A stretch of 26,922 bases of DNA, from positions 1-26,922 of IMG/VR virus record IMGVR_UViG_3300037313_001071; one strand, written 5' to 3'. This stretch comes from a virus (Duplodnaviria > Caudoviricetes). This document shows, one piece after another, positions 25,458 to 26,922 of this stretch (within the stretch, counting starts at the first letter, position 1; every line of letters begins with the position of its first letter). The position numbers were made by a program, and so were the translations under genes. The notes below the pieces were generated by a model that was not told the origin of the DNA, did no database searches, and saw only the letters and a program-made list of their open reading frames with translations.

Positions 25458-26180
25458 ATGTCACTTCAATTCACTACGTCTAACCAGCACTCAGACAACC
25501 ACGGCATCAAGGGGCTCGTCTATGGTGAAGCTGGTACGGGCAAGACCACACTTGCCGCCACCGCACCTTCTCCGCTCATCCTCGCCGTGGAGGCTGGTAT
25601 GCTTTCGCTGCGCCGGTCAAACCTGGAGAGGCTTTTTGGAGTCGGTACGCCGGGCATCACCTATGATGTACCAGCAATTATCATCCGCTCCCTGGAAGAC
25701 CTGAACGAGGCCTACACGTTCTGCACCACCAATCCCAGCATGGGTGCAATCCAAACGCTGTACCTGGACAGCTTAACGGAGATTGCAGAAGTGGTGCTGA
25801 ACGCGGCTAAGCGGACGGTGAGGGACCCGCGACAGGCTTACGGGGAACTGATTGAAAAGATGGAAACGCTGATCCGGGCGTTCGTTAACTTGCCCGGGAA
25901 GCATGTGATTATGACCAGCAAAATGGAGCCCATGAAGGATGAGCTCACTGGTGTGGTCAGGTACGGTCCCATGATGCCTGGAGCTAAGCTCAGCGTCAAG
26001 CTGCCGTATATGTACGACGAAGTTTTTAGGCTGGGTGTGAATAAGGATCCGCAGGGTAACACCTTCAGGTTCTTGCAGACGCAGCCTGATATGCAGTTCC
26101 AAGCCAAGGATCGGTCGGGCGCCTTGGCACCTATGGAACCTCCCCACCTCGCCCACATTTTTGCCAAAATAGGAGCCTAA
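25458..26180 (+). CDS. AAA_24 / Sak4-like ATPase
   Basis: LVYGEAGTGKTTLA, LYLDSLTE, DPRQAYG, AKDRSG. Confidence 0.9.
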   Translation: MSLQFTTSNQHSDNHGIKGLVYGEAGTGKTTLAATAPSPLILAVEAGMLSLRRSNLERLFGVGTPGITYDVPAIIIRSLEDLNEAYTFCTTNPSMGAIQTLYLDSLTEIAEVVLNAAKRTVRDPRQAYGELIEKMETLIRAFVNLPGKHVIMTSKMEPMKDELTGVVRYGPMMPGAKLSVKLPYMYDEVFRLGVNKDPQGNTFRFLQTQPDMQFQAKDRSGALAPMEPPHLAHIFAKIGA

Positions 26181-26184
26181 TAGA

Positions 26185-26922
26185 ATGGCATTGCTTAACT
26201 TTGATAGCTCGCAAGTCGCACCCGATACGGGTGTGGGCGACCCCATTCCTGCGGGGTGGTACAACGTGATGATGGACGAGTCGGACGTTAAGCCGACGAA
26301 GGCAGAAGGGGGCATGTACCTGGAATGCCGCTTCAACATCATCGACGGTCAGTTCGCTGGGCGCAAGCTGTTTGCGCGGTTCAACATCCGCAACGCCAAC
26401 CCCATGGCGCAGGAAATCGGCTACAAGCAACTCTCCGCCGTCTGCCACGCCGTGGGCATGGTTGGCATGGTTGCGGACAGCCAGATGCTGCACGGCAAAC
26501 CCTTGAAGGTGAAAGTGAAGGTGCGGAAAGCGGATGGTGACTACGAGGCCTCCAATGACATCACTGCCTACAAGAACATTAACGAACCCACGGGCACCAC
26601 GGCCGGCGCCCCTGCGGCGATGGGGATGCCTGCGCTGCACCAAACCGCGGCGGCCGCTGCTACCGCTGTGCCAGCTGGTTTCCCCGCGCAACCCTGGGCA
26701 GCGGGCGGCGCAGCAGGCACAGCAGCACCGGCCCAACCCATGGGTGCACCCGCTGGGTTTCCCGGTTTTCCGGGAGCCGCAACTGCGGTCGCTGCAACTC
26801 CTGCTCAACCTCCGGCTGCACAGCCTGTGGCGGCTCAGCCCGCTGCGGTCAACAATGCACCCGTGGTCAACGCGCCGCCGGCCCCCCCCCCCCCCCGCCC
26901 CCCCCCCCCCCCCCCCCAACCA
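26185..26922 (+). CDS. DUF669-like ssDNA-binding protein (partial; Ala/Pro-rich tail)
   Basis: Not in the track (no stop in window). MALLNFDSSQVAPD...PIPAGWYNVMMDESDVKPTK...G.YL...F.IIDGQFAGRKLF.RFN...LSAVCHAVG; follows AAA_24 as is usual. Confidence 0.88.
   Translation, partial: MALLNFDSSQVAPDTGVGDPIPAGWYNVMMDESDVKPTKAEGGMYLECRFNIIDGQFAGRKLFARFNIRNANPMAQEIGYKQLSAVCHAVGMVGMVADSQMLHGKPLKVKVKVRKADGDYEASNDITAYKNINEPTGTTAGAPAAMGMPALHQTAAAAATAVPAGFPAQPWAAGGAAGTAAPAQPMGAPAGFPGFPGAATAVAATPAQPPAAQPVAAQPAAVNNAPVVNAPPAPPPPRPPPPPPQP

Noticed and set aside
26880-26922. Long poly-C tract at the window end
   Set aside because: Lies at the contig edge within a Pro-rich tail; most likely a sequencing/assembly artefact or poly-Pro codons, not a functional element.

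Overview
Fragment of a tailed dsDNA phage genome, probably a siphovirus. The host is likely a Burkholderiales-type betaproteobacterium, inferred from a DUF3567-like gene and an H-NS-like N-terminal domain. Two arms diverge. The left arm (minus strand, about 10.4 kb to position 1) runs: small accessory genes, a ~1 kb promoter-to-terminator region with no credible ORF and dense base-pairing (candidate large structured ncRNA), a DUF3310-like gene, a PD-(D/E)XK/Holliday-junction nuclease, a lysis cassette (holin, GH108 endolysin, 2-TM protein with an overlapping lipobox ORF), terminase small and large subunits, portal, scaffold and the start of the major capsid gene. The centre (about 10.5-12.5 kb) is AT-rich, rich in repeats and palindromes, and depleted of GA/TC. 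The right arm (plus strand) starts with an array of tiny early genes, most preceded by a structurally conserved but sequence-divergent twin-hairpin + CAACC-GGAG module. It continues with host-interaction genes (DUF3567-like, truncated H-NS, AT-hook protein) and a replication module (HTH, primase-polymerase/DUF3987-type, MazG-like, ATP-dependent DNA ligase, AAA_24 ATPase, DUF669-like). The best candidates for undescribed systems are the ~1 kb structured RNA (about 7965-8990, minus) and the cassette-like hairpin-delimited early gene array (about 12.4-15.1 kb). All family assignments are from motif recognition by eye; no searches were run.
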